Assembly: GCA_965285935.1 (NCBI GenBank)
Contig: OZ260667.1
Coordinates: 5,952,001 to 6,016,000, forward strand
Direction of reading: 5' to 3'
Length of the DNA stretch: 64,000 nt
Source: Ophelia neglecta
Lineage: Eukaryota
This document shows, in pieces, positions 24,153 through 37,609 of the stretch (its first letter is position 1; each line of letters begins with the position of its first letter). A model generated the notes under the pieces. The model worked only from the letters and a program-made list of their open reading frames with translations. It was not told the origin of the DNA and made no database searches. The translations under genes were made by a program, and so were the position numbers.

Positions 24153-27100
24153 TTATTCTGCGAGGACGACGGGGCGATGCTGGTCCAACTTCGTTTTTAT
24201 CCGGGCGTAGGTATAATACAGATGAAAACTGTTGGCAATCACGGGTATCGGTAACCCCGTTATTAGCATACCGGAAACGGCGCACAGAGAGCCCACCACG
24301 TATCCCAGCGGGGTTCGCGGCGTCATGTCGCCGTAACCCACGGTCGTCATGGTGACAATACTCCACCAGAAACCGATGGGAATGTCGACAAAGTTGTCTG
24401 ATTCTCCGAACTCGACGTAGTATATCATTGTACTGAACACTAGGGTGCCTATCGCCATGAGTAGTATTAGAAGTAGTATCTCCTTAAAGCTTGACTTTAT
24501 GGCCAGCCAGATGATCTGCAGTCCGCGGTTGTGTTTGGCCACTTTTAATATCCGCACGGACCGGAAGACGCTACTCACTGAAAAGACGCAGTAAGCCACA
24601 AAAAGGTCATGGTGGACCCAGAAGGAGGGTTTGACCAAGGTCACCAGGCTGTTGGCAAGCATCGGGGACACCGAAAATAGGTCAATGATGTTGAAAAACG
24701 AGCTGAAGAAACTCAACTTTCCTGGCCAAATCGCAAATCGGACACACAGTTCTAAACTGAAGAAAAAAGTGCAGATGTAATCTATAATTATCAAAGAAAA
24801 GTGAGGCTCCGTGTTTATGTACATCTGGATCTTCTGATTGGTCGAGTTCCTGCTGAAGGATGACAGCCGAGACAGCATTTCCGGTTCCTCCACGGGATGT
24901 GCTGGATGTGGTACCCGGAACAACGGATGTGTTTCCATGACAACGACGGCAATGGAGGCTAGCAAAAGGAACACGTAGACATGCGAAAACAACTGGAACA
25001 AAAAGAAAATATTATGGTCAGCAAGTTCACAATATTTTCTGACCTCAAATCTATTGCTCGCAAAAGAAACACGTAGACATGCGAAAACAGCTGGAACAAA
25101 AAGAAAATATTATGGTCAGCAAGTTTACAATATTTTCTGACCTCAAATCTATTGCTCGTTCATTATCTATGAAGCAACTGCACCTTTTCGGTAGATGCGT
25201 ATATTCACAAATCCATTGAGGCCTGTCCATTCGTCTATTATTTCGCCTATTCTTAATAATAAAATAAGTATAAGTCTAAATAAAAATATGTAGGTACGTT
25301 TAATTCTGTCATGCATGTGTACATACAAGGTCTAAACCCATAAAATCAATATAAGCAGAGTAGTTTTTGGAGTCGGCCTCAAGGATCTTCAAACCTACGA
25401 TTCTGTCACGCCATCAAACTCTGTGTTAGATTAGCAGGCGTGAGGATAGCAAAGAGGAAATATCTAGGGTGATGGGGCAGCTTTGGGCTGTTGATGTGCA
25501 TCTATTGATTATTTATTATATCCGCGAAATGCGGATATTATGTTTTCAGTAGCATCGCCGCCGCCGCCGCCGTCGCCGCCGCAGATTTTAGTTGTTAACG
25601 CGATAACTCAAAAACTATTTCGTACATCTTGTTCAAATTTGACACAGCCATAGACCTTATAGAGAGGAGGAATTGATTAGATTCTGATGAAATTCCAATA
25701 CATGTAATTATTTATTAATTAAAACAATTATTTAATTACGTCAGAAACGCACTTTCTGCAATAACACAAAAAATGTTTGATACATCTTTTTCTAATTTGA
25801 CACAGCCATAGACCTTATTGATAGGAAGAACTGGACTTATTCTGGTGAATTTCGGATAATTATTAATTAGTTAAAATAATTAATTAATTATGTCAAAAAC
25901 ATATTTTTTATCAAATATTCCAAAGTATAGATGATATTGGCTTGAAGTTTTGTGTCATGATTCATGTAATAACTATATACAATCTGTGTAATAAGTTAAC
26001 TAGTTAACTTTATTAATGACCTGAAAAAAATCAGTTATGGTTGTTTTGCATTATTATTGAGGGCAATGGACCCAGCTTTATGAATGACCTGCATAGTTAT
26101 TGAGGTAATATAGAACCTACTTCAATCTGTGTAATAAGTTAACTAGTACTGTGTAATAAGTTAACTAGTTAACTTTATTAATGACCTGAAAAAAAATAGG
26201 TTAGGGTCGTTATCTTTTGTGCCAACTAAAAACTCCAACATTCACTACCTTGCCTTATGCCATGTTCCCCATTCGATTATTGCACGCATTCGCGGATATA
26301 CCCCTAGCTGTCGGCCCCCCAACAGCGTTGGCCTAGTTTCAACGACAGTCGTAAGCAAGTGCAATTAGAAAGTGCCTGCGTCGCGGCGGACGGTGGTCCA
26401 ATATTGCGATAATAATCTCAAACCTTCTGTCGCCTTTCTTTTTTAGAAATCACTTTATCAGGGGTAACCCTGAAGTATGAACATAAAGACCATGCAAGAA
26501 GCCTAACTACCCACTGCAAAATGTATTAATTAAATGTTATGAGTTGTCTGCTTTCCCGCCAGGGGGGGGGAGGACTTGGGATGTAAGAGGAGAGGGCGGG
26601 TGGAACTGGGGGGGGGGGGGGCTTGAAGGGCAGGGATGGAAGGACTTGAGGGTCAGAGATATAAAGATAGGGCGTTTGGGGGGGGGGGGGGGAGATGCTA
26701 CAAGGAAAGGGACAGGAGGAAGGATAAGAGGTGTCTGAGATGTGGGGGGAGGGGAGGTAGGGGCGGGGACAGGGGGTGGGGCTTGAAGGGGCGGGGGAGA
26801 GGTCCCTCGGACAGTGGGGTGTATCTGAGCCGTGGGAGTGGCGTAGTGGGACATTCTATTGATACGTGTTATATCTATATTAGGTGCTTACAGGGGGGGG
26901 GGGGTTGAAGGGGGACGGTGGAGAGGGGCGATCGGACAGTGGGAAGTATTTGACCCTACAGCTCACATCATTGCTGTGGCCGCGTCATGACCCCTGATCT
27001 TTAGGTCGAGTGGCACTCGACTTAGCTGATCTCAGGTCAAGTCTTTCTCGCTACCTTTTACTGGGGAAGCACTCGTCCTGCCTTGATTACCACCTTTCTT

Positions 27101-30100
27101 TTCTTTCCAACTAAACCCTCAAAAGGCTATCTTTATAAAACCTGCTTTAAATTCCACCATCTATATATTAAGACCGCTTATGAGTATACCATACTGCACA
27201 CTTTTGAATGTAAATTAACCTGTCTAAACAGGCCACCTCCATAAAGAGACCAGAAGGTATCAGTCCCTTGGTTGGCCTTAATTCACAAGATTCATACCCG
27301 CAGGTGTGTGTAGATCCCTTTTTTTCCAGCTTAATCCATCGGTCAACGGCTATCGGAATACTACTTCGGAATACTACTGCTCATTGTAACATAAGTAGTA
27401 CCTCAATTTCCATATGCCTACCAGACATTGCAAATATATAGTGCTCATTTTCTAACATACTTTATGTTTCATTCATATTGGCTAATTTCTCGAATTATAT
27501 AAGTAGGATTTTACAAATTTCTACAATCGTTATTTTCTTTCCGTAGCATATTTGATGTCATCACCTTAACTGTCAGATAGAAAAATAGATAGATAATGCT
27601 ATGCTGCGGTCAAAACCCCTAATTACCAAACCCGCCCCCCTCATCCTCACCTACAACCCGCCTCTCGCCATTCATACACTTGTAAATACTTGTTAAGCCT
27701 TTCCCGACCATTTTTTTCCGTTCCTGAGACGGGTTTGTTTGTTGTACGGAAGTTTGCAAATTATATCTCAATTTCCCTCATTTCCCGAGCGTGTTTCCAG
27801 TTACTGACATGTGTGTACATGATACTGTTGCGTCGGTTTACATTATGCCTGCCCAAACACAGGTTGTTTACCGGCGGGTCATTGGTGACATGTTGCCTGC
27901 AGTATGAGGATCTCGGCGCCGTCCTGGGGCGCATATTGCCTAAGTGCTACTCCATCAGTTTGACGGAGGTGGGGGTGGGGGAAGGGGGGTGCTCGAAGAG
28001 AAGGGGACAGGGGGGGGGGGTGTTGAGGGGGATGAAAAGATGCAGGGGGTAGGGGGTTAGGGGAAGGGGGCTAGGGAAGACGGGAAGGGGAGGAAGGGGG
28101 CATGGAAGTGGGGACATTCAAGGATGCGCGGGGGTTAAGGGCAGGAAGGGGGGGGGGGTGCTCGAAGAAGAGGCCGGGAAGGGCAGTAGGAGGTTTGAGG
28201 AGGGATAACAGGGGACGGTAGTGGCATTCAAGTGTGCGCGGTGTAAGGGGAAGGGGGCTCGGAAAGACGGGAAGGAAAGGTTGGGAGCGTGGAAGTGGGG
28301 GCTTTCAAGGGCTCAGGAATGCGGGAATGGGAGGGAGGGGGCATGGAAGATTTGGCGGGGAGGGGGGAAGGTCTGTAAGGGGGGAAGGGAAGGGGAATTG
28401 AAGGGAGGGCGCAGGGCAGGGCTGGGAGGCCCAGAGCAGACGGGCTCGAAGGGAAGGAAGAGGGGGGAGGGGGAGGGGGCTCAAATGGGAGGATGGAGGA
28501 GAAGACGCTTGGGCAGTGGGAAGTATCTCTGAGCCGCGGGAGTTGCGGAGTCGGACGTCTTTATAATGCGAGTTTAGTATTAACCGCTGACTTCACCGCT
28601 CTGGCCACGTCTCGAACCTTGACTTTTGGATCGAGTGATACTCAACTGAGCTGGGCCCACTTCAAGTCCTGTGCGGTCCCTTTTATGGACGTACCTTTTG
28701 CAAAATTGGGGTGGGGGGGGTGGGGGTTGAAGATTTTAGAAAAGCAGTTTGGTCTTTCAAGTACATGAACTATCTCCTCTGTAATTTTGCCCAAAAAAAG
28801 GCATGTTTGACGTCCCGCGAACAAAATGAGTCGCAACCAACAAATCTTCTGTAAGGAATGCGTTATACCGCAACACTCAGTCTACATTGCGTAGCAGCCC
28901 TTTACTTTCCTCCAGCTGGAGCATCCTCTAGGGCAACAGCGTTTAGACTGAAATCTCGGATACTTGGCAAGGAAGACCCGCGGTATTACTGATATCGTCA
29001 TCCGATGATGATATTCTCGTATATTATCATCCATTGATATTCACTGATGGATTTATACGAATTTACACATTGCCAAGACGGGAAATGAACCATGAATCGT
29101 CGAGTTTGTTATTTATGGGAACACATTTTCTAGGCTTTTGATACATTTTTGAGCCAACATTTGATCTCCGGTCACTACCTATAGGGCAAAATATGGTTCC
29201 ATTGGGTACTATTTCCCAAAAATATTCCTAAAATTGGACCCGTCGTTCTGTATATGAAACAAATTTACTGCTGTAGTTCCACACTTCAATGCTTTAAGGA
29301 CAGTCCGTTGAGAACATCATTTTTTAATGTCTTGGTTTACGAAGGTTTTGAGGTCATCAACAAGGCGGAAAGAAAAAAATAAAAACATTAATTCTAATGA
29401 ATATACATGTACACCAAGGGAATAAATGAAAAAGCATGGTACTGGAACTTGCCAAAATGGTAGTAAGAGGTGTTTTAAAACTCAAGAGAGAAAAGGACGA
29501 GTCAAAAGTAAAGATTCTGGGGTCATTATCCCACGTAGGAAGAAAAAATTCGTACTTTACAATTTTTATTATATTCCAATTTCCAATAAAATCGACTTCT
29601 TAAAATGTTATGGCTTAAGAAAATTTCTAAAAAAGGAAGTTTCTAGTGTGTCAAATACATGATTATTTAATTTGTAGTGGTCTTAGCCAACTTGGTGTTA
29701 AGTCTTTCAAAATATAAACCCTCCCAATTATTTCAAATAAGGCCCCAAGAAAGCGTTGAAGCTCTTAACAAGAACGAATTCAGGTACATGTGTACTCCTA
29801 CTGCATGTATTGGACAATAAGCAATCACTTCCGGACGAGTGATTTATCACGTTTAACTCTCGCGTTATCTGATCCCACGATAACCAGACAATCGTGTTGA
29901 GCTGTGGAGTGGCTCTTAGCATTAAGTAGCTCTTAAGTTGAGTAGGTTTGACTCTGATTTGAGTACATTTCCACTTAACATTTGATGGAATGCCTTATTG
30001 TTGCTGCATAACATAGTGACACCCCTCCCCCCCCGGGGGGGAGGGAGGGAGGGAGAGACTTCCTATGTTTCATGGTGAGGTGCTCCCCGCAGCTTTGAAA

Positions 30101-33100
30101 ACGGGGGTCACCATGGTAGAAAGTCATCAAAAAAGCTACCCATTCGATAGAAATTTTGCGTAAAAGATACCCTTTTGATAGAATTTTTCTCAAAATGGAC
30201 CCTTTTGATAGAAAAAATAATCAAAAAACTACCTTTTGTGGATCTCAATGAGAAAATTAGACACTTTTGATAGGCGTTAAATGTGATTACCCATTAGGTA
30301 TAATCGTGAAAAAAGGGACCCATTTCATAGAATCATTGTGAAAATAGATACCCTTTAGTGCGGAGCAATATATGGGTGTACCCCCCCACCTCCCCCTGGA
30401 ACACCATAGTGCCTCGCTTAATTGTTATTCCTTAAGAAGTTTTATTCCGTAAAATATGCGTGGAATAAAGCTTATTTTTATGCTTGCAATAAAGCTTTTT
30501 TTTGTGCGTAGAAAAAAGTTTATTTTCTCTATGTGAGTATGTTTATTCCGGGAATAAAGCTTATTTTCCATGCGTGGAATTTATTTAGCTTACTATGCAC
30601 GGAATTTTTGTTTTGCTATGCATGGAATTGGCATATTTACTCTTCGTAAGAGTGTTTATTGCAGAGATACGGGCCTGCCTATCACCGGACACTAGGGATA
30701 CTATTAATATTCGACCGGTGATATTGTTACAAAGCAGAAATAAGATTTGACCCAGAACGTAACATTACACTTTCACCTACCGGAATAAACTCAAATTCTG
30801 ATCAAGCCGGCTGAAAAAATCTCTAATAAAACGAATATCTACTGGAATAACTCCACTTAAATTTAACTCATACCTACTAAAATAAATTCTAATGTAACCC
30901 ATACCTATTGCAATAAACTCAACTCAAATTAACTCGTACCTACTGGTATAAACTCAACTGAGATATAACCCATACTTACTTAAATAAACGCAAATATAAA
31001 CTATACCTCCTGGTATAAACTCGATTAAGCTATAACCCATACTTACTGGTATTAACTCGACTAAGATATAACCCATACTTACTGGTATAAACTCAACTTA
31101 GATATAACCCATACTTACTTAAATAAACGCAAATATAACCTATACCTACTGGTATAAACTCAACTGAGATATAACCCATACCTACTGGTATGAACTCAAC
31201 TTAAATATAACCCATACTTACTGGAATATCTCAACTTAAATTTAACTCATACCTACTAAAATAAATTCTAATTTAACCCATACCTAATGCAATAAACTCA
31301 ACTCAAATTACCTCGTACCTACTGGTATAAACTCAACTGAGATATAACCCATACCTACTGGTATGAACTCAACTCAAATATAACCCATACTTACTGGAAT
31401 ATCTCAACTTAAATTTAACACAAACCCACCGAAAGACACTAAAATTTAACCTTTGACCCCGAGGATTTCACCATTCAGCCTTTAACATACAGCTTAAATC
31501 GATCGTTCCTATTGATGCCCTTATATTTAATTTTAGTCATAGAAGCCTAACTATCGTCCCCATCCAATTCCCACTATTAACAGTGCACGCTGGGGGGCAC
31601 AGCGGCCAAGGACGTCACAACAGATAGGTCTTAATCACAACAGATAGGTCTTATTCCCATCAGTGCAGAGATTATCATGTGAGCATGCATTAGAGAAGCA
31701 GAAAAATTAATGTGAAGCTTAAGAATGAAGTGTTCTCATTGATTTATTTCTGACGGTTTTTTTTTATATCGATTTGACAAATGCTTGCAGTGTCGGGTCC
31801 ACAGAAAGACGGCACTCTTGTCAAAATATGGCACGCACAAACATTCCACAGCGAAAATAAGAATAAAAGCGACTCATTTTACCCGCCCGTCACTCAACAA
31901 ATGTACGGTGTGATGGATTAAAAATAACCTTGACATTAACCGATATCAACTGGAAAGAGTGTCTGCTTCTCACGACATTTGACATAGTCGTGACTTCATT
32001 ATGGTACCATCTGAAGGCCGACTTCTGGCTAGTCTACCAGAGTTACTCTTGTGACTGGAGATGCGCCAGATGTCGCCAGTATCATGCGGAAGTACAAACA
32101 GTTCCGCATGCGCACATCCCGACTTCGGGCTCAATTCTAGTGTAACATGAGTAACAAGAGTTACTCAAGCAGGCTTGCCCGAAGTCGACCTATATCAATG
32201 AGTTGTCAAAAGGCGCCCTGACATTCCGAACCATATGAATTCATGCCGCTACATTTGCAAAGGTCACATTGAGGTTATTCCGCGCAGCAAGTAGACGCAC
32301 AACGCGCCGGTGTCACATGCACAAAGTTCCGCCATGCAGAAAGTTTGCGAACGCATGCGCATCGGCCCCGGTCATATGTGCATGTGGTAAGCATGCACAA
32401 AGTTCCGTCATGCAGATAATTCCTACATGCTTTTAAACGATGATAACACTAACCCTTACCCTAACCCGGAACTTTCTGCGTGGCGGACCTTTTTGCATGC
32501 GACACTGGGAATGAGGCAGCGCAACATAACATAAATTCTCCAAAAATACCCAGCTTTAGACCTACCCAAATCCGTAAAACTATTTTAAAAAACGTTGTTT
32601 TTGCAGGACCGTTTATAGTTTATTTTCATACGCCTGTCTCCCTATAACTGTTCATGGTTATCGCTTCATAACGTATACCCGAATAAAGCTTTATAAAGGG
32701 GGTTTTTTTTACTAGCTGATTTTATTGGGCACCGCTTTTAGAAAGAATGGACGAAGCACAATCTTAAAACATTCAGGGCCTTTCATAGTCGAGTATTTTT
32801 CGGAATACTAACCCAACTCTGTACATCGGTTGTACTGCTACATAATTTACTTGCTACTTGTTAAATGCTCGAGAATTTTGCTGCATCTCCCAAACAATGT
32901 CAATTGGCGCAAACGGACCAATGAATATATAGGCCTTATGACTTGGGTCGTTTATGCTGATTATTGTTCCCTTAATGCACGAATCGATGTTCGAGTGTAG
33001 GTATTTTATCTTTCGTCTTGAATATCGAATGGATAGGCAATGGGTGAATGATGGGCACTGTGAAACCTGTGAATTGAGACCAACCAAGGGATTGGAACCG

Positions 33101-34490
33101 GTTGGTCTGATTAAGGAGATGGCATGTGTAGACAGGTATTTTAACATTGACAGTGTATTTATGGAATTCATATAAGTGACCTAAAGTGATAGGTGGTCTG
33201 AATATAGAGGTGGTCTTTAACCTGAGCGTGCACCAAATTTTACTTTTTTCTGAGGGCAATCTCGGTAGAATTTAAGGGCAACACCCAATGGAGTGTAAAA
33301 TACCCCCCCCCCCAACCCCCCCCCCCACAACGACCACACAACGACCACACAACCCCCCACCATAACCACTACTGTCGGGCGTTGATGAATTATCACCAGG
33401 GCAAACTTTTGTTAATTTAAGTAGTATGCAAGCCATTATTTACCCTAGCAGCCAACGAGGAGGTTGGATCTTCTAGAAATATCCACAAGTCTTCGCGCAG
33501 CTTGGTGCATCCGGTTTGTGTGCGCAAAGCACGCTGGTATTCCAACAAATGTTGTTTGTAGCCGTTGAAGCTGGATTCTAGAATCTGGAGCATCTTCTGT
33601 TCTTCCTCGTACTCTGTGAATGTTTTCCAACAACAGGGGGCGATACAGTCTTCGGGAATAGCCCAGAATTCCATTTCCTTCTTTAGAAGTGGGCCGCACA
33701 GTGAATGGGGGAAGTGCAGCTCCCCCGTGCGGTAGAAATCCAAAATATAACCAAACAGTTTTGGGTTTCTATCGAAAAAATATTCACCAGAGTAAGGGTC
33801 GTAGGAAGGGTCGCTTTTTGTGAGCATGCTCAGCCTCGTTCCGGGCGGCTTGGACAAGGTCGTGGCAAAGGTCACAAAGCGCTCTCCACCGACCCTGATG
33901 ACGATTTTGTCTGGCGTCATGCTGGTCCCCGACCTGACATCTAGTGACGTCTTCTTGTCAATAGTGCGTATACCAGGTGTATCGTGGACAATCGCACCTA
34001 ATTTTTCCTTCACAATGCTTAGCTCTTTAGCTTCTACCAAATTGTCCGAGTCTGCGTCTGAATGCATATAATTGTCTTGCTTTTCCCTCAACGTTTTGGG
34101 TGTTGCCAAGTTGTCTCGGTTCTCTATCTCGCCTCTGGGGTCTGATTCCCGCCCCTTGGTACATGCCGACGGTAGTGACCCATGTTCTGGCTCCTCATGG
34201 TCCCTATGGCGCTTCCCGCCGGGATATTGCTCGATGCTTCTGTCCCTGGGCGGTGTGCAGTAGCCGGTACTTGGGATACATTGTCTTACGCCAGCCGGTC
34301 GATAGACATTCTCGTCAGGTACAATCCAGGTAGATAAGGGACATTGCTTGTCTGACATTGCCTTAACCTGTCTCCCGTACTCTGAATATGGCGCTTCGTC
34401 AGGTTTAGGCAAATCGATGTCGGGACCCAGTATTCCGGCTTGGGGGCGTCCGCTGTTGGATCCTCCGGATGTTGGTCCCGTCTGTGCCAT
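24153..34490 (-). CDS. Shaw: Shaw/Kv3-family voltage-gated K+ channel subunit (2 coding exons, ~628 aa)
   Basis: Exon 34490-33444 has a long N-terminus and T1 (IVIRVGGERF..YFFDRNP..ILDFYRTGELHFPHSLCGP..EMEFWAIPEDCIAPCCW..LWIFLEDPTSSLAAR). It splices in phase 0 (GT at 33443, AG at 24994-24993) to exon 24992-24153, which has S2 FFSLELCVRF, S3 NIIDLF, four-charge S4 RSVRILKVAKH, pore WWSIVTMTTVGYGDMTP and S6 GLPIPVIANSF. The symbol is family-level only. Confidence 0.92.
25512..26339 (+). mobile_element. Non-autonomous Helentron/Helitron-derived element (HINE/DINE-1/pearl-like architecture) in the Shaw intron
   Basis: 5' subTIR ttatatccgcgaa with adjacent short inverted copy gcggatat, (GCC)n microsatellite, internal tandem ~158-bp core repeats (25623, 25781), 3' subTIR ttcgcggatata, stem-loop ctgtcgg-cccc-ccaacag, terminal ctag-ttt. 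Confidence 0.8.
30770..31430. repeat. AT-rich minisatellite, ~36-bp unit (ataacccatacttactggtataaactcaactgagat) with a higher-order duplication
   Basis: 36-nt periodicity; the block at 30841 recurs at 31221. Confidence 0.9.
32307..32508. mobile_element. MITE with ~40-bp TIRs and internal telomere-like taaccc motifs
   Basis: ccggtgtcacatgcacaaagttccgccatgcagaaagtt ... aactttctgcgtggcggacctttttgcatgcgacactgg; internal taacccttaccctaaccc. Confidence 0.7.
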
Positions 34491-34799
34491 GTTGAGGCGC
34501 GCCAGTCTTGCCAAATAACCTGACACCGACCCGACAACTTATACACCGCTCTATTTACTCTTGGGGTAATGCAATGCGTTTGTAAACAAAGCAATGCGCG
34601 CTGTCTAGGCTTCCGGCATTGAGATATGAACATGGCTTTTACTAATTATTGATAACTGAGGCTGTTTTTTCGTTCAGCAAGTCATTGAGATATTAACCCG
34701 GTAAAATCCATTGTAAGTAAACACCAACCGACAACTCTGCTCACAGTGTTTTACCTCCGTCTAAGTTTGACAGGAAATAAAAGAGGGTGAAATCACCAG

Positions 34800-35145
34800 T
34801 AGCTAAGGGGGCCGGGAGCGGGGGGGCTCATGCCAAGAAGCCTTACCCTAATAGTAAATGGGGGGGGGGGGGGGAGGGTCACCGGGTTATATAAGCACTT
34901 TAGGGATAGGGAGGGGGGGGGGAGCTAGGGGGGGGGAGCTCATGCCAAGAAGCCTAACCTGCTAATAAATGGGGGGGGGGGAGAGTCACGTGGTTATAGA
35001 AGCACTTTAGGGATAGGGAGGGGGGAGGTAGGGGGTGGGGGCTCATGCCAAGAAGCCTAACCTTAATAATAAATTCGGGGGGGTGGGAGGGTCACGGGGT
35101 TATATAGGCCCTTAGGGATAGGGAGGGAAGGGGGGGGGGGGGGCG
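34800..35145. repeat. Three ~110-bp G-rich tandem units upstream of the Shaw start codon
   Basis: gctcatgccaagaagcc...G-run...gtcac..gttata..ttagggatagggaggg repeated three times. Confidence 0.85.
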
Positions 35146-35359
35146 AGGAAACAAATCTTTTTTTTTTGCTTCCAGAACCTGCTCAAAATAGCGTTTAATG
35201 CATGACTGTTAAGGAAGGGGGATCCCTCTCAAATGGCGGCATTTGTGGGTTTAGTTATCAGAGCTCGCCCTATCGCCGGGAGGGCACACTCATCTCCCAC
35301 CCAGTACAACCGACAAGGCTAAGAGCAAAGTACCCACACTCTTTTCGTTTCAGCCTCGG

Positions 35360-35790
35360 CAGCCATCTGGTCCATACCCCTGCCATCTGGTACACACACC
35401 ATGTCCCTGGCCATCCCGAAATCAGTCCCGCAACCATTTGTACCAAACCCATGCATCTGGTACACACCATGTCCCTGGCAATACCGAGATCAGCCATCTG
35501 GTCCATACCCCTGCCATCTGGTACACACCATGTCCCTGGCAATACCGAGATCAGCCATCAGGTCCATACCCCTGCCATCTGGTACACACCATGTCCCTGG
35601 CAATACCGAGATCAGCCATCAGGTCCATACCCCTGCCATCTGGTACACACCATGTCCCTGGCAATACCGAGATCAGCCATCTGGTCCATACCCCTGCCAT
35701 CTGGTACACACAGCATGTCCCTGGCCATCCCGAAATCAGTCCCGCAATCATTTGTACCAAACCCATGCATCTGGTACACACACATGTCCC
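35360..35790. repeat. Minisatellite, ~61-bp unit (cagccatctggtccatacccctgccatctggtacacaccatgtccctggcaataccgagat)
   Basis: Units start at 35491, 35552 and 35613, with variant units on either side. Confidence 0.92.
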
Positions 35791-36894
35791 TGCTCACTAC
35801 GAAATTAGTCTCGACGGCCATTTGTTGCGTCTTATAACTGTGAGTATCGCTGATTGGCTCGCATTTCAGATTCCAAAAGCTCTTTGTTAAACACTTCTCT
35901 TAACTTGTATTTAGCGAGTTTTGCTCATTTGCGTTACAGATTTAATGGTTTGAGCAGCGGAGGAGCAGATGTGAATCCAAGCTAGTGGGATAACGGCATA
36001 ACACCCATCTCGTGTTTATACTGCAGCATGATAACGGGCTCCAACCATCGCAGCAAACTAGCGCCAATATATTCATCACAGTTGCTTCGTTGCGATGGCA
36101 ACAACTGACGCTGAGACAGCATTAAGTCGAGTAATTTCACGCATGGTTAAATTGTGCAATAATACAGTAACTAGCTTTATTCCGCGCATACTAAAGCTAC
36201 CCCATGCTTATTATAACTTCCGACCCTCGTATCCAAGTCGAGCGCACCCTGATCATTATTGTCACTTGCGTGCACTTAAATTGTGGTCATTGAAATTGAA
36301 ATATAGCCTGTGGACCCACTGAAGGGTAAATAAAGTACCGAGAGATCCTCTTGAAGCCTGGCAGGGTACATATGATCTATTATTATTATATAAGCTATCA
36401 TTGATATCCAGCGTCGGCCATTGTCCTCGGCCAAGGTCATTGTACGGACGCCTTTTGTCATAGGCGCCGAAATTGTTGACTGCCTCGGAGTCGTAAAAAC
36501 TGTGTTTTTCATTTACCCAAGCAGTTGAAGCAGTGTTATTGGATCACATTGGTAAAAGTAGAATAATTTCCGGAACATACTGCCTTCGTGGCAATATTGC
36601 GCAGGAATATTTCAAGCGAATGTCACACGAACAGAATTCTTGCGCCTTAACTGTTCTTTATCGACATTGTCTGGAAAGACCGTCCGTTTTGATTTAATGT
36701 TTTTCATAACCTGGAGAGGCACTCATATATTTTGATGGAAGCAAAGTCTCACATATAAATGCTTTTGCTATCATGTCTAGGAATGACAGGTTTTAGGGAA
36801 TGTCGGTTATTTAGCGCTGTGGTTAATTTCGACAAGGAGAGAGTTTTAAACCCGGCAGAAAGTGGGCTTCTCACCCCGTGTTAATCATCAGCAT

Positions 36895-37100
36895 AATGTG
36901 ACTGGTTTTTCGGGGGTAGTGTCAGGACTGGTCAACCCGGTGTCAGTATAATGTGTCTGGGTGGGGTTCCCTGTCTGGTGTCTACGGCAGGTACTCCAGT
37001 GAGGCAGCACTCTAAAGAGGGCATTGAGCCCACTGTCACAAGTAGGCTTCGTGGCTATATTACCATATAAGAAAACCACATCAATCCCATACAAAAAAAA
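36895..37100 (+). mobile_element. SINE fragment, same family as 19622-19790
   Basis: gtcaggactggtcaacccggtgtcagtataatgtg..gtgaggcagcactctaaagagggcattgagccc..cacaagtaggc followed by an A-rich tail. Confidence 0.65.
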
Positions 37101-37609
37101 ACAACACTCCCAGTGTTAAACAGGTATCTGTACAGGTTTTCTTGCTATCTTCATGATCGGTCTTGAAGTCAGTATACCTATACCGAGAGGAGGTTAGGAG
37201 GGTTCCCGTTCCCAGTTTGAAAAATGGGCAAATCCCGAATCACGGATTTTTTAAAGTTTGCAATTTTCATTGGGGGTAAGGTATTCCCCGCTTCCCGATA
37301 AATTGAAATAGTAATTCCCTAGTCACGGGAAATTAAACAGAACATTCTCAGGTCACAGTAAATGAAATTACTTGATCCCGAATCACAGACAAGGAAGTTG
37401 CTTGATTGTGGCCAAAACTGGTAAAGGTGTGAGGCTGTTACATGATGATAGGCCGAAAGGCATACGACTTTACAAGCTAATTAGAGGTGGTTCCCGGTAT
37501 TGTAAGTCTACCTATCTAAGTCGGGGGCACACTGGGCTGGAAACCAGTCCAAAAAAGGAATGGATACCAATCTTAGAAACGCCATTTCTTGCCCTACTAA
37601 TATGGGAGT

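Noticed and set aside
35202-35890. Overlapping 135-211 aa ORFs in all frames
   Set aside because: Artefact of the 61-bp minisatellite; the same peptides rotate through the frames.
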